Shown here piece by piece: positions 20,912-30,570 of a DNA stretch of 64,000 nucleotides. A program made the translations under genes and the position numbers. Below the pieces are notes generated by a model that saw nothing but the letters and a program-made list of their open reading frames with translations, ran no database searches and was not told the DNA's origin. Origin of the DNA: Myxococcota bacterium (GTDB lineage: Bacteria; Myxococcota_A; UBA9160; JAFDDA01). Position 1 is the stretch's first letter, and every line of letters begins with the position of its first letter. Location: the NCBI GenBank assembly GCA_965228475.1, contig OZ245817.1, positions 4,032,001 through 4,096,000 on the forward strand, given 5' to 3'.

Positions 20912-23083
20912 TCAGGCGGGCTCGAGGTTCGCGAACTTCAGCACGAGCTTCTTCACGCCGGCGCGGTCGAAGCGGATGTCGATCTTCGTCCCGGGCCCCT
21001 CGCCGGTGACGCGCACGACGCTGCCGACGCCGAAGACGGGATGCCGCACGCGGAGTCCGGGCTGGAGTTGCCCTTCCCCGCCGTCGGCCTCCTGGCTGTA
21101 GCTGTAGTCGACGCGCGGGCCGTCGGCGAAGTCGTCGCCGTCGGGCGGGTCTCCCTCGAGGACGTGGGGCGGGATCTCGCGCAGGAAGCGCGAGGGCACG
21201 CTGAAGTTGGTCGAGCCGAAGCGCCGCCGCTCCTTCGCGAAGCTGATGGTGAGCTTCTCCATCGCTCGGGTCATGCCGACGTAACAGAGGCGTCGCTCCT
21301 CCTCGACGCCATCGGGATCGCGCGAGGAGGCCTGGTGCGGGAAGACGCCTTCTTCGAGGCCGCCGAGGAACACGACCGGGAACTCGAGCCCCTTCGCCGA
21401 GTGCACGGTCATGAGCGAGACGCGATCGCCGTCGTCCTCGTAGCCGTCGAGGTCGGAGACGAGGGCGACCTGGTCGAGGAAGAGCTCGAGCATGCCGCGG
21501 TCTCCGGTGTCCTCGGCGTTCTGGGCTTCGAAGTCCTCGGCGCCGGCCAGGAGTTCTTTCAGGTTCTCGATGCGCGCCTCGGCCTCGGGGGAGCCGTCAC
21601 GCTCGAGGGCGCGCAGGTATCCGGTGCGATCGAGGATGCGCGCGATGGCGTCCGCCGGCGGCAGCAACCGCACGTCGTCCCGCAGCCCCGCGATCAGGCG
21701 CACGAAGTCCGCGATCTTCGCCGCCGACCGTCCGGCCTCGCCGCGTTCGAGGAGCCGCTTGAACGCCTCGAGCAGCGAGATGCCGTCGCGCACCTGAAGC
21801 TCCGCCGCACGCTCTACGCTCGTCTTCCCGATGCCCCGCGCGGGGACGTTGACGATGCGCCGAAGCGCCATGTCGTCGGTCGGGTTCACGAGCAGGCGGA
21901 GGTACGCGAGTGCGTCCTTCACCTCTGCGCGCTCGTAGAACCGCACGCCGCCGACGATCACGTAGGGAACGTCGTACTTCAGCAGCTCGTCTTCGTAGGG
22001 GCGCGATTGGGCGTTCGTTCGATAGAAGATCGCGCAGTCGCGGTAGTGGCGTTCCTTCTGCCGCACGGCGCCGAGGATCTGGCTCACGGTGAACATCGCT
22101 TCGTCGCGTTCGTCGTGGGCTTCGTAGAGCAGGATCTTCTCGCCGCCGTCGCGGTCGGTCCAGAGCCGCCGCTCCTTGCGGGCGGTGTTGTTCTCGACGA
22201 CGGCGGAGGCGCCCTCGAGGATCGGCTGCGTCGAGCGGTAGTTCCGCTCGAGCTTCACGACCCCGGCCTCGGGGTAGTCCTCTTCGAAATCGAGGATGTT
22301 GCGGATGTCCGCACCGCGCCAACCGTACACAGACTGATCGGCATCTCCGACCACGCAGATGTTCTTGTGCTCCGCCGCGAGCAGCTTCAACAGCCGGTAC
22401 TGGACGCGGTTCGTGTCCTGGTACTCGTCGACGAGCAGGTACTGCCAGCGCTGGCGGTAGTAGCGCAGCACCTCCGGGAACTCTTCGAAGAGGCGAAGGG
22501 TCAGCAGGAGGAGATCGTTGAAGTCGAGGGCGTTCTGGTCCGTCAGCAGGCGCTGGTAGGTGCCGTAGAGCTCGACGGCCTGCTCCTCTTCGAGATCGCG
22601 CGCGACGACGTCGGCGGGCCGGAGCGCCGCGTTCTTCCAGCCGTCGATGCGCCAGCGCAGGCGCCGCGGGTCGTGGGCCTTCGGGTCGAGGCCGTGGCGT
22701 CGGAGCGCTTCCTTCAGCGTGCCGAGGGTGTCCGCGTCGTCGTAGATGACGAAGCCGCGCGAGATGCCGAGGTGGCTGATGTCCCGACGCAGGATGCGCA
22801 CGCAGGCCGAGTGGAACGTCGTCACCCAGAGGCCTTCCGCGGCGTTCCCGAGGATCTTCTCGACACGCTCGCGCATCTCGCCCGCGGCCTTGTTCGTGAA
22901 CGTGACGGCGAGCACCGCTTCGGGCGCGATGCCGCACACGCCCACGAGGTAGGCGACGCGATGGGTCAGGACGCGCGTCTTTCCCGAACCGGCGCCAGCC
23001 AACACGAGCAGGGGGCCTTCGGTCGTCTCGACCGCGCGCTTCTGTTCCGGGTTCAGTCCGTCGAGGATCTGCTCGCCGAGCAA
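20912..23083 (-). CDS. pcrA: PcrA/UvrD superfamily 1 DNA helicase
   Basis: LAGAGSGKT, VTFTNKAA, VDEYQDTN, VGDADQSVYGWRGA, NYRST, HSAKGLEF, EEERRLCYVGMTRA; C-terminal Tudor-like VRHPVFGVG. Confidence 0.95.
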   Translation of the reverse strand: MLGEQILDGLNPEQKRAVETTEGPLLVLAGAGSGKTRVLTHRVAYLVGVCGIAPEAVLAVTFTNKAAGEMRERVEKILGNAAEGLWVTTFHSACVRILRRDISHLGISRGFVIYDDADTLGTLKEALRRHGLDPKAHDPRRLRWRIDGWKNAALRPADVVARDLEEEQAVELYGTYQRLLTDQNALDFNDLLLLTLRLFEEFPEVLRYYRQRWQYLLVDEYQDTNRVQYRLLKLLAAEHKNICVVGDADQSVYGWRGADIRNILDFEEDYPEAGVVKLERNYRSTQPILEGASAVVENNTARKERRLWTDRDGGEKILLYEAHDERDEAMFTVSQILGAVRQKERHYRDCAIFYRTNAQSRPYEDELLKYDVPYVIVGGVRFYERAEVKDALAYLRLLVNPTDDMALRRIVNVPARGIGKTSVERAAELQVRDGISLLEAFKRLLERGEAGRSAAKIADFVRLIAGLRDDVRLLPPADAIARILDRTGYLRALERDGSPEAEARIENLKELLAGAEDFEAQNAEDTGDRGMLELFLDQVALVSDLDGYEDDGDRVSLMTVHSAKGLEFPVVFLGGLEEGVFPHQASSRDPDGVEEERRLCYVGMTRAMEKLTISFAKERRRFGSTNFSVPSRFLREIPPHVLEGDPPDGDDFADGPRVDYSYSQEADGGEGQLQPGLRVRHPVFGVGSVVRVTGEGPGTKIDIRFDRAGVKKLVLKFANLEPA

Positions 23084-23177
23084 TCCGCACTCCGCACTAG
23101 AGGATCCGCTGGGTTCGATCGGGGGGATCGAGACCGGTGGAATCTAGCAGAGTCGCTCGCGCCCCGAGGGACGCCGG

Positions 23178-24173
23178 TCAGTACAGATCGCGGAAGTAGG
23201 CCTGACGGCGTTTTCGGATCTTCAGCTGGTAGCGAAGCGTCGTGCCGGGCGAGATGTTCCAGTTGTAGGTCGGCTGCCATTGGTGGGCATCCTTCGGCAC
23301 GGAGGGGGACGGGAAGAGACCCGTCGCCTCGACCCGCTCGAAGACCCAGTCGTCCTTGAGCCGGATCAGGTACTCGTCACGCCCCGAGTCGTTCCCGACG
23401 GCGCCGGTGCAGTTGTGGTGAACGCCGTGAAGAGCGGCGTCCGCCGACGCGGAGAATCCCTCCGTCGGGAAGACGTGCTCGAATCCGCACTTCCCCGCCT
23501 TGTAGTCGTCCTCCGACGAGAACGGATCGTTCCGGACGCTGCACCAGTAGCTGTTGGAATCGTGGCCGCACGAGAGGAGCTCGACGTCGGAGCGAGAAAC
23601 CCAGGCCGACTCGCTCGGCACCTGGAACTGCGCGGGATACGGCGTGCCGTTGACCCCGTCCTTCGTCCGCACCACGACGCTCACGTTCACCCGATCCATC
23701 GGCTTGGGCACGTTCCACGGGATCCAGCCGTTGACCTTCTCGGGGCTTTCCCAGACGACCCCGTTGAGCTTGATCTCGTACGGATAGTCGGGGCCGAAGG
23801 CGTAGTTGCTCGGCGCCTTGATGAAGATCTCGCCGTAGCCGGAGCCGAAGTAGCGCCCCACCAGGAACACCCTCGCACCCGGCGCGAGGATGCCCACGTC
23901 GGTGAGCTTGTCCGCCGTGGCGGGGATGATGATCATGTTCTGGATCATCGGCTTGGCGGAGATCGCGGTCTGCGCCGCCCCCTCCCGGTGCAGCTCCATC
24001 TTCCGCTGGATCTGACCGGGCGTGGCTCCCTCCGCCACCGGCCCGTCGGGCTGGACCCGCTGGAGCCCTCCCCGCTCGTTGGTCTTCTTCTTGAGCAGCT
24101 GCGCCGATGCGGGCACCGCCGGCACGGCCAGCGCCAGGATCAGCGCCAGGAATCGCCATCGTACGCGGTCCAT
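23178..24173 (-). CDS. Hypothetical secreted protein with possible IPT/TIG-like domain
   Basis: Signal peptide ending ASA; PGARVFLVGRYFG...WESPEKVNGWIP...VSVVVRTKDG; coding-like codon usage; GGAGG SD. Confidence 0.65.
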   Translation of the reverse strand: MDRVRWRFLALILALAVPAVPASAQLLKKKTNERGGLQRVQPDGPVAEGATPGQIQRKMELHREGAAQTAISAKPMIQNMIIIPATADKLTDVGILAPGARVFLVGRYFGSGYGEIFIKAPSNYAFGPDYPYEIKLNGVVWESPEKVNGWIPWNVPKPMDRVNVSVVVRTKDGVNGTPYPAQFQVPSESAWVSRSDVELLSCGHDSNSYWCSVRNDPFSSEDDYKAGKCGFEHVFPTEGFSASADAALHGVHHNCTGAVGNDSGRDEYLIRLKDDWVFERVEATGLFPSPSVPKDAHQWQPTYNWNISPGTTLRYQLKIRKRRQAYFRDLY

Positions 24174-24296
24174 CGTTCCCTCCCGGATTCCAGGATCCCG
24201 GCCGCCGCGGGCGCCCCGGCCGCAGGGCGCACCTCGAGCGCGGCTTCCGATCTTACGAGAGGACGCCCTGGCGGGGCGGCTTATTCGAGGGGCGAT

Positions 24297-26132
24297 CTAC
24301 TCGACGGTGACCGACTTCGCGAGATTCCGCGGCTGGTCCACGTCCGTGCCCTTCAGCACGGCCACGTGGTACGCGAGCAGCTGGAGCGGGACCGAGACCA
24401 GGATCGAGGTCAGGAAGTCCCCGAGGTCCGGGATCCGGACCACGTCGTCGGCGTTGCCGTCGATGGCCTCGTCGCCCTCGCTCGCCAGGGCGATGATCTT
24501 GCCCTCGCGGGCGCGGACCTCTTCGAGGTTCGAGATGACCTTGTCGTAGACGGGGCTTCGGTTCGCGATCACGACGACGGGCATGCTCTCGTCGATCAGG
24601 GCGATCGGCCCGTGCTTCATCTCCCCCGAGGCGTAGCCCTCGGCGTGGATGTAGGAGATCTCCTTCAGCTTGAGCGCGCCCTCGAGGGCGGCCGGGAACA
24701 TGATGCCCCGGCCGAGGAAGAGGAAGTCGCTCGCGTGGAAGTACTTCTGGGCGATCTCGCGCACGGGCTCGTCGAGGGCCAGCGTCTCGTCGACGAGGCG
24801 CGGCAGCCGGCGCAGGTCGCCGAGGTGCTTCTGCATCTCCTCGGGCGTGAGTCGGCCGGCGACCGAAGCGAGCTTCAGCGCGATCAGGTAGAACGCGACC
24901 ACCTGGGTGGTGAAGGCCTTCGTCGAAGCAACGCCGATCTCCGGGCCCGCGTGGGTGTAGAGCACGTCATCGCTCTCGCGCGGAATCGAGGAGTCGCGCA
25001 CGTTGCAGATCGAGAGGATGCGCGCGCCCTTCCCCTTCGCCTCGCGGAGCGCGGCGAGCGTGTCCGCGGTCTCGCCGGACTGGGAGACGGGGATCACCAG
25101 GCAGCGCTCGTCGATGATCGGCTTGCGGTACCGGAACTCGCTCGCGAGGTCGACCTCCACCGGAATCCCGGCGAGCTGCTCGATCATGTACTTGCCGACG
25201 AGGCACGCGTGCCAGGAGGTGCCGCAGGCGATCAGGCCGATGCGCGAGAGCCCGAGCACCTCTTCCTTCGTGAAGGCGATGCCGTCGAGGTCGATCTCGC
25301 ACTCTTCGTCGAGCACGCGGGCGCCGATCGTGTCCGTGATGGCGCGGGGCTGCTCGAAGATCTCCTTCTGCATGAAGCGGTCGTAGCCGCCCTTCTCCGC
25401 CGCGACCGGGTCCCACTGGATCGTGCGCAGCTCACGCTCGATCGGGTTGCCCTCGGCGTCGCAGATCTCGTAGCCCTCGCGGGAGAGCATCGCGAAGTCG
25501 CCGTCCTCGAGGAAGATCATGCGGCGCGTGTAGGGGAGGATGGCCGGGATGTCGCTGCCGAGGAACGCCTGGCCGTCGGCCACGCCGACGATGATCGGGC
25601 TGCCGCCGTTCTTCGCCGCCATCAGCTTGCCGGGCTCGCGGTCGCTGATCACGCCGAGCGCGTAGGAGCCGACACACTGGGCCGTCGCCGCGAGCACGGC
25701 GTCGCGCAGGCCCTTGCCGGCTTCCATCTCCTCGTTGATCAGGTGGGCGATCAGCTCGGTGTCCGTATCCGAGAGGATCTCGTGGCCGCGCGCGCGCAGG
25801 GCGTTCCGCAGGTCCGTGTGGTTCTCGATGATGCCGTTGTGCACCACGACGACCGAGCCGGCGCGGTGCGGGTGCGCGTTCGCCTCGCTCGGCCGCCCGT
25901 GGGTGGCCCAGCGCGTGTGGCCGATGCCGGCCGTCCCCTCGAGGGGGTCGTCGCGCAGGATGCCGTCGAGGTTCACGAGCTTGCCGAGGGCGCGCCGTAC
26001 TTCGATCTGCGAGCCGTCGGAGATCGCGACGCCCGCCGAGTCGTACCCGCGGTACTCGAGGCGGCGCAGGCCGTCCATCAGGACGTCGATGGCCCGGTAC
26101 TCATCTCCGATGTATCCGACGATTCCGCACAT
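24297..26132 (-). CDS. glmS: Glutamine--fructose-6-phosphate aminotransferase (isomerizing)
   Basis: MCGIVGY, LEYRGYDSAG, HTRWATHG, SQSGETADT, DQPRNLAKSVTVE. Confidence 0.98.
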   Translation of the reverse strand: MCGIVGYIGDEYRAIDVLMDGLRRLEYRGYDSAGVAISDGSQIEVRRALGKLVNLDGILRDDPLEGTAGIGHTRWATHGRPSEANAHPHRAGSVVVVHNGIIENHTDLRNALRARGHEILSDTDTELIAHLINEEMEAGKGLRDAVLAATAQCVGSYALGVISDREPGKLMAAKNGGSPIIVGVADGQAFLGSDIPAILPYTRRMIFLEDGDFAMLSREGYEICDAEGNPIERELRTIQWDPVAAEKGGYDRFMQKEIFEQPRAITDTIGARVLDEECEIDLDGIAFTKEEVLGLSRIGLIACGTSWHACLVGKYMIEQLAGIPVEVDLASEFRYRKPIIDERCLVIPVSQSGETADTLAALREAKGKGARILSICNVRDSSIPRESDDVLYTHAGPEIGVASTKAFTTQVVAFYLIALKLASVAGRLTPEEMQKHLGDLRRLPRLVDETLALDEPVREIAQKYFHASDFLFLGRGIMFPAALEGALKLKEISYIHAEGYASGEMKHGPIALIDESMPVVVIANRSPVYDKVISNLEEVRAREGKIIALASEGDEAIDGNADDVVRIPDLGDFLTSILVSVPLQLLAYHVAVLKGTDVDQPRNLAKSVTVE

Positions 26133-26150
26133 GGCGCTCTTCCTTCTGGC

Positions 26151-27515
26151 TTACTTCCGCGGGCGCTTGCGCGCGCGCCAGCCTTCGATGTTCTTCTGCT
26201 TGGCCCGCGCGACGGCGAGCGAATCTTCCGGAACGGACTGCGTGACCGTCGATCCGGCCGCCACGACGGCGCCGTCCTCGAGCGTCACCGGCGCCACCAG
26301 GTTGGCGTTGCAGCCGACCTTCACCTGGCTCCCGACCGTCGTGCGGTGCTTCTCGTCCCAGTCGTAGTTCACGGTGATGGCGCCGCAGCCGAAGCTCGAG
26401 CCCGGCCCGACGTCCGCATCCCCGACGTAGGCCAGGTGGTCGACCTTCACGCCCTCCGCGAACTTCGAGTTCTTCACCTCGACGAAGTTGCCGACCCGGC
26501 AACCATCGCCGAGCTCGCAATCCGGCCGCAGGTGGGCGGAGGGCCCGACGACGACCTCGTCCCCGAGCCGCGAGTCCTCGATCGTGCAGTGCGGCTTGAT
26601 GTGGCAGCCCTCGCCGATCACGCTCCGGCCCGTGATCACGCAGCCCGGCTCGACGAGCGTGTCCCGCCCGATCTCGACCTCGACGTCGATGTAGGTGTTC
26701 GCGGGGTCGACGATCGAGACGCCCTCCGCCATGAGCGCTTCGCACTTGCGGCGGCGCGCCACGGCGCCGGCGGCGGCGAGCTCCGCCCGGGTGTTCACGC
26801 CGAGGCAATCCTCCGCGCTCTCGAGCTTCAGCGCTTCGACGCGCATGCCCTCGGCGCTCGCGAAGCCGACGACGTCGGTCAGATAGATCTCGCCCTGTGC
26901 GTTGCGGTCGTCCACCTGGGCCAGTGCCTTCCAGAGAAGCTCGGGCTTCATCAGATAGACACCGGTATTGCCCTCCTGGATCTCCGCTTCTTCGGGCGTG
27001 GCGTCCGTGAGCTCGACGATCCGGTCGACGCGCCCGTCCGGCCCGCGCACGACCACGCCCGGGAGCTGCTCCGGCGAGGTCAGCATCACGAGGTCCGCCC
27101 CCGCGGCGAACATCGCGGCCATCTCGCGCAGGGATTCGAGGCGGATCAGCGGCGTGTCGCCGTAGAGGACGAGTATGGCGTCGGTCGCGTCGGCCAGGGC
27201 GTCCTGGGCGCACAGCACCGCGTGGCCCGTCCCGTTCTGGGGCTCCTGGAGGACGAAGCGCGCCTGGCCCTCGAGGGCGGCCTGGACGTCCTCGGCGTCG
27301 CGCCCCACCACGACCACCGGCTCGCGGGGCGAGAGCTCCCGGGCCAGGGCCACGGGGAAGCCCACCATGGGCCGGCCGGCCAGCTCGTGCAGGACCTTCG
27401 AGCGCCGCGACTTCATGCGCGTGCCCTTGCCTGCCGCGAGGATCACGACGGAGACGTCGAGCCCCCCGGAGGCGCTCGGGTTTCCGGAACCGGCGTTGTC
27501 GCTTGCGCTGCCCAT
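26151..27515 (-). CDS. glmU: Bifunctional UDP-GlcNAc pyrophosphorylase/glucosamine-1-phosphate N-acetyltransferase
   Basis: LAAGKGTRMKS, NAQGEIYLTD, hexapeptide repeats, GNFVEVKN, HLAYVGDA. Confidence 0.96.
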   Translation of the reverse strand: MGSASDNAGSGNPSASGGLDVSVVILAAGKGTRMKSRRSKVLHELAGRPMVGFPVALARELSPREPVVVVGRDAEDVQAALEGQARFVLQEPQNGTGHAVLCAQDALADATDAILVLYGDTPLIRLESLREMAAMFAAGADLVMLTSPEQLPGVVVRGPDGRVDRIVELTDATPEEAEIQEGNTGVYLMKPELLWKALAQVDDRNAQGEIYLTDVVGFASAEGMRVEALKLESAEDCLGVNTRAELAAAGAVARRRKCEALMAEGVSIVDPANTYIDVEVEIGRDTLVEPGCVITGRSVIGEGCHIKPHCTIEDSRLGDEVVVGPSAHLRPDCELGDGCRVGNFVEVKNSKFAEGVKVDHLAYVGDADVGPGSSFGCGAITVNYDWDEKHRTTVGSQVKVGCNANLVAPVTLEDGAVVAAGSTVTQSVPEDSLAVARAKQKNIEGWRARKRPRK

Positions 27516-27785
27516 GGACTCCTTCTCATCGGCCCGAAACCGGCCGACCTTCGGGTCCTTCGGGCCAGTGAGTGGTGCGAAGGACCGGGTAGGTTACCTG
27601 CGCTCTCCGCCCTTCGTAAGGATTTGGGGCCGGTCTCCGGGGAACCCCTGATCCCCGCGGGGACCGGCCGCCGGGGGTGCTTTCCCTTGCCCGGGGCGGT
27701 GCCTAACATGGCCAAAGCGCCCCGCGCCGCCCCGCCCGCGCCCATCCAGCCGCTCGGCCCGCACGGGCCATCGAAGGAGCCCACC

Positions 27786-29495
27786 ATCCAGGTCTTCGGC
27801 AACACCCAGGGTCTCAAGGCCAGCCAGGCCCGTGCCCTCGAACGCCTCTATCGCCGCCGCCTTCCCGCGGAACGCATCCTCACCCAGGAGATCGCTCGCG
27901 AGCTGACCGAGCTCTCGCACGAGATCCGCCGGGTGGTCGGGATCCTCGCGGACCGCCGCGGCGAGGTCACCCACGTCATGGTGGGCGACGCCCAGGGCAT
28001 CGAGCTGCCGGACTGGGGACGTCTGCGCGCCGGCCGCGGCCGGCTCCGCGGTCTGCGCTGCATCCACACGACGCTCGGGGGCGAAGAGCTCTCGCGCGAC
28101 GACCTGACCGACCTCGCGTGCCTGCGTCTCGATGCGATGGTGACCGTCGCGCTCGACGGCGACGGCCTGCCGACGCTCGCCCACGTCGCCACGCTCAAGC
28201 CGGCCGGGAGCGAAGGCGACGGCATCGACCGCCTCGAGCCGACCCCGCCCGCGCGCCTCGACACCGACTTCCGCGACTGGATGCGCGCCCTCGAAGAGGA
28301 GCTCGCGCGCTCGACGAAGGCGAAGGAGGTCGGCGAGGGCGAGCGCGCGATCCTGGTCTCGGTGCAGTCGCGCCGTCGGGCGAAGGACAAGAACGAAGAG
28401 GACTACCTCGACGGCGACGCCGTCATCGCGGAGCTCGAAGAGCTCGCGCGCTCGGCGGGCGTCACCGTCGTCGACCGCATCGTGCAGCATCGCCAGCGGC
28501 CGGACCCGAAGACCCACCTCGGCTCGGGCCGCCTGCGCGACCTCGTGATCCACGCCTTCCAGGAAGACGTGGACCTCGTGATCTTCGATTCGGACCTCAC
28601 GCCGACCCAGGCGCGCAACCTCGCGGACCGCATGGAGCTGCGCGTCATCGACCGCACCCAGCTGATCCTCGACATCTTCGCCCAGCGCGCCCAGAGCCGG
28701 GACGGCAAGCTCCAGGTCGAGCTCGCGCAGCTCAAGTACCGCATGCCGCGCCTCGCCCAGCGCGCGGACGTTTCGCTCTCGCGCCTGGCCGGCGGGATCG
28801 GCGGACGCGGCCCGGGTGAGACGAAGCTCGAGGTCGACCGCCGGCGCGTGCGGGACCGCATCGCGCGCTTGGAACGGGAGTTGCAAAAGCTCCGCAAGGA
28901 ACGCGCAGGCCGCCGCCAGCGCCGGCGCCGCCAGGGCCTGCCGGTGCTGTCCATCGTCGGCTACACGAACGCAGGAAAGAGCACGCTGTTACGAGCACTT
29001 ACCAAGACCGAGGCCCACGTCGAGGACCGCCTGTTCGCGACCCTCGATCCGAGCTCGCGCCGCCTCCGCTTCCCCCAGGACCGTGACGTCATCATCACGG
29101 ACACGGTCGGATTCATCCGGGATCTGCCGACGGACCTGGTCGAGGCCTTCCGCGCGACCCTCGAGGAGCTCTCCGAGGCCGACCTCTTCCTCCACGTGGT
29201 CGACGCCGCGACGCCGGAGGCCGAGCGCCGCATGGCCGCCGTCCACAAAGTGCTCGACGAAATGGAACTGCGAGGCACGCCGGAGCTTCTGGTGTTGAAC
29301 CAGATCGATCGCCTGCCGCCCGGCGAAGGACAGGCCCTGGCCGAGCGGCTCGGCGGCGTCGCCGCCAGCGCGATCACGCGAGAAGGGCTCGCGGAGGTGC
29401 TCGACCGCGCCGCCGCCGTGCTCTTCGCCGAAGAAGCGCCGCAGAACGCACACGACCGGAGACGGCTCGCGGCCGTCTCCTCCGGGGGGAACTGA
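27786..29495 (+). CDS. hflX: GTPase HflX, long form; start probably ATC at 27786 (alternative ATG at 27708)
   Basis: [13 protein letters not shown]-terminal extension, [44 protein letters not shown]. Confidence 0.94.
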   Translation: MQVFGNTQGLKASQARALERLYRRRLPAERILTQEIARELTELSHEIRRVVGILADRRGEVTHVMVGDAQGIELPDWGRLRAGRGRLRGLRCIHTTLGGEELSRDDLTDLACLRLDAMVTVALDGDGLPTLAHVATLKPAGSEGDGIDRLEPTPPARLDTDFRDWMRALEEELARSTKAKEVGEGERAILVSVQSRRRAKDKNEEDYLDGDAVIAELEELARSAGVTVVDRIVQHRQRPDPKTHLGSGRLRDLVIHAFQEDVDLVIFDSDLTPTQARNLADRMELRVIDRTQLILDIFAQRAQSRDGKLQVELAQLKYRMPRLAQRADVSLSRLAGGIGGRGPGETKLEVDRRRVRDRIARLERELQKLRKERAGRRQRRRRQGLPVLSIVGYTNAGKSTLLRALTKTEAHVEDRLFATLDPSSRRLRFPQDRDVIITDTVGFIRDLPTDLVEAFRATLEELSEADLFLHVVDAATPEAERRMAAVHKVLDEMELRGTPELLVLNQIDRLPPGEGQALAERLGGVAASAITREGLAEVLDRAAAVLFAEEAPQNAHDRRRLAAVSSGGN

Positions 29496-29497
29496 AG

Positions 29498-30508
29498 ATG
29501 GCCGGGATTCGCCGATCGAAGATTGCAGGGACCGGGATGTACGTGCCGGACCGCGTCGTCACGAACCACGATCTCACGCAGTGGATGGACACGAGCGACG
29601 AGTGGATCCAGCAGCGCAGCGGCATCGTCGAGCGCCGCTGGATCGAGGAGGGCCAGACGCCGGCGGACCTCGCCGAGGAGGCGACCAAGAACGCCCTCGA
29701 GAACGCCGGCCTCGACGCGAGCGACATCGATTGCATCGTGCTCGCGACGCTCTCGCCCGAGCACCACTTCCCGGGCACGGCCTTCTTCCTGCAGTCGCGC
29801 CTCGACTTCGGCGACGCGCCCTGCTTCGACGTCCACGCCCAGTGCAGCGGGTTCCTGTTCAGCCTGACGACGGCGGATTCCTTCATCCGCGCCGGCCAGT
29901 TCGACCGCGTGCTCGTGGTGGGCTGCGAGGTCCACAGCACCGGCCTCGAGCTCGCCGACCGCGGGCGCGACGTCTCGGTCCTGTTCGGCGACGGCGCAGG
30001 GGCGGTCATCCTCGAGGCCAACGAGGACGAGAGCGATCCGGCCGGGATGATCGAGAGCCGCATGCACGCCGAGGGCGAGCACGCCAAGCGGCTGTGGGTC
30101 GAAGGCCCGGCCTCGGCGCAGAATCCTCGGCTCACGCCGGAGATGTTCGAGAACGGAGCGATCTTCCCGCACATGGAAGGCCGGTTCGTCTTCAAGCACG
30201 CCGTGACGCGCATGCCCCAGGTTCTTCAGCAGGCGCTCAGCGCCGCGAGCCTCAAGCTCGACGACGTCGATCACTTCCTCTTCCACCAGGCGAACTTGCG
30301 GATCAACGAGTTCGTCGCGAAGGGGCTCGAGCTGCCCGCAGAAAAGTGCCCGAGCAACATCCAGAAGTTCGGCAACTGTTCAGCCGCCTCGATCCCGATG
30401 CTGCTCGACGAGTGCCGCCGGGACGGCCGCATCCAGCCCGGCCACGTCGTGGCGATGACCGGCTTCGGCTCCGGCTTCACCTGGGGCAGCGCGATCGTCC
30501 GGCTCTAG
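29498..30508 (+). CDS. fabH: 3-oxoacyl-ACP synthase III family protein
   Basis: DTSDEWI, AQCSGF, LFGDGAGA, HQANLRI, GNCSAASIP, GFTWG. Confidence 0.9.
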   Translation: MAGIRRSKIAGTGMYVPDRVVTNHDLTQWMDTSDEWIQQRSGIVERRWIEEGQTPADLAEEATKNALENAGLDASDIDCIVLATLSPEHHFPGTAFFLQSRLDFGDAPCFDVHAQCSGFLFSLTTADSFIRAGQFDRVLVVGCEVHSTGLELADRGRDVSVLFGDGAGAVILEANEDESDPAGMIESRMHAEGEHAKRLWVEGPASAQNPRLTPEMFENGAIFPHMEGRFVFKHAVTRMPQVLQQALSAASLKLDDVDHFLFHQANLRINEFVAKGLELPAEKCPSNIQKFGNCSAASIPMLLDECRRDGRIQPGHVVAMTGFGSGFTWGSAIVRL

Positions 30509-30570
30509 AGCCGCACCCTGACCGCGAGCGAGGTTGACGCTGCCGCGGCTTCGGTGATATCGCAGGGACC

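Noticed and set aside
24174..24296. Tn7 insertion at the glmS attachment site
   Set aside because: No tns genes, terminal repeats or target duplication visible.
26133..26150. glmS ribozyme
   Set aside because: Only 18 nt separate glmU and glmS, and no recognisable ribozyme core lies upstream of glmU.
23280..29495. 2071-aa plus-strand ORF
   Set aside because: Antisense shadow of the secreted-protein gene, glmS and glmU running in frame into hflX; only the last ~570 codons look real.
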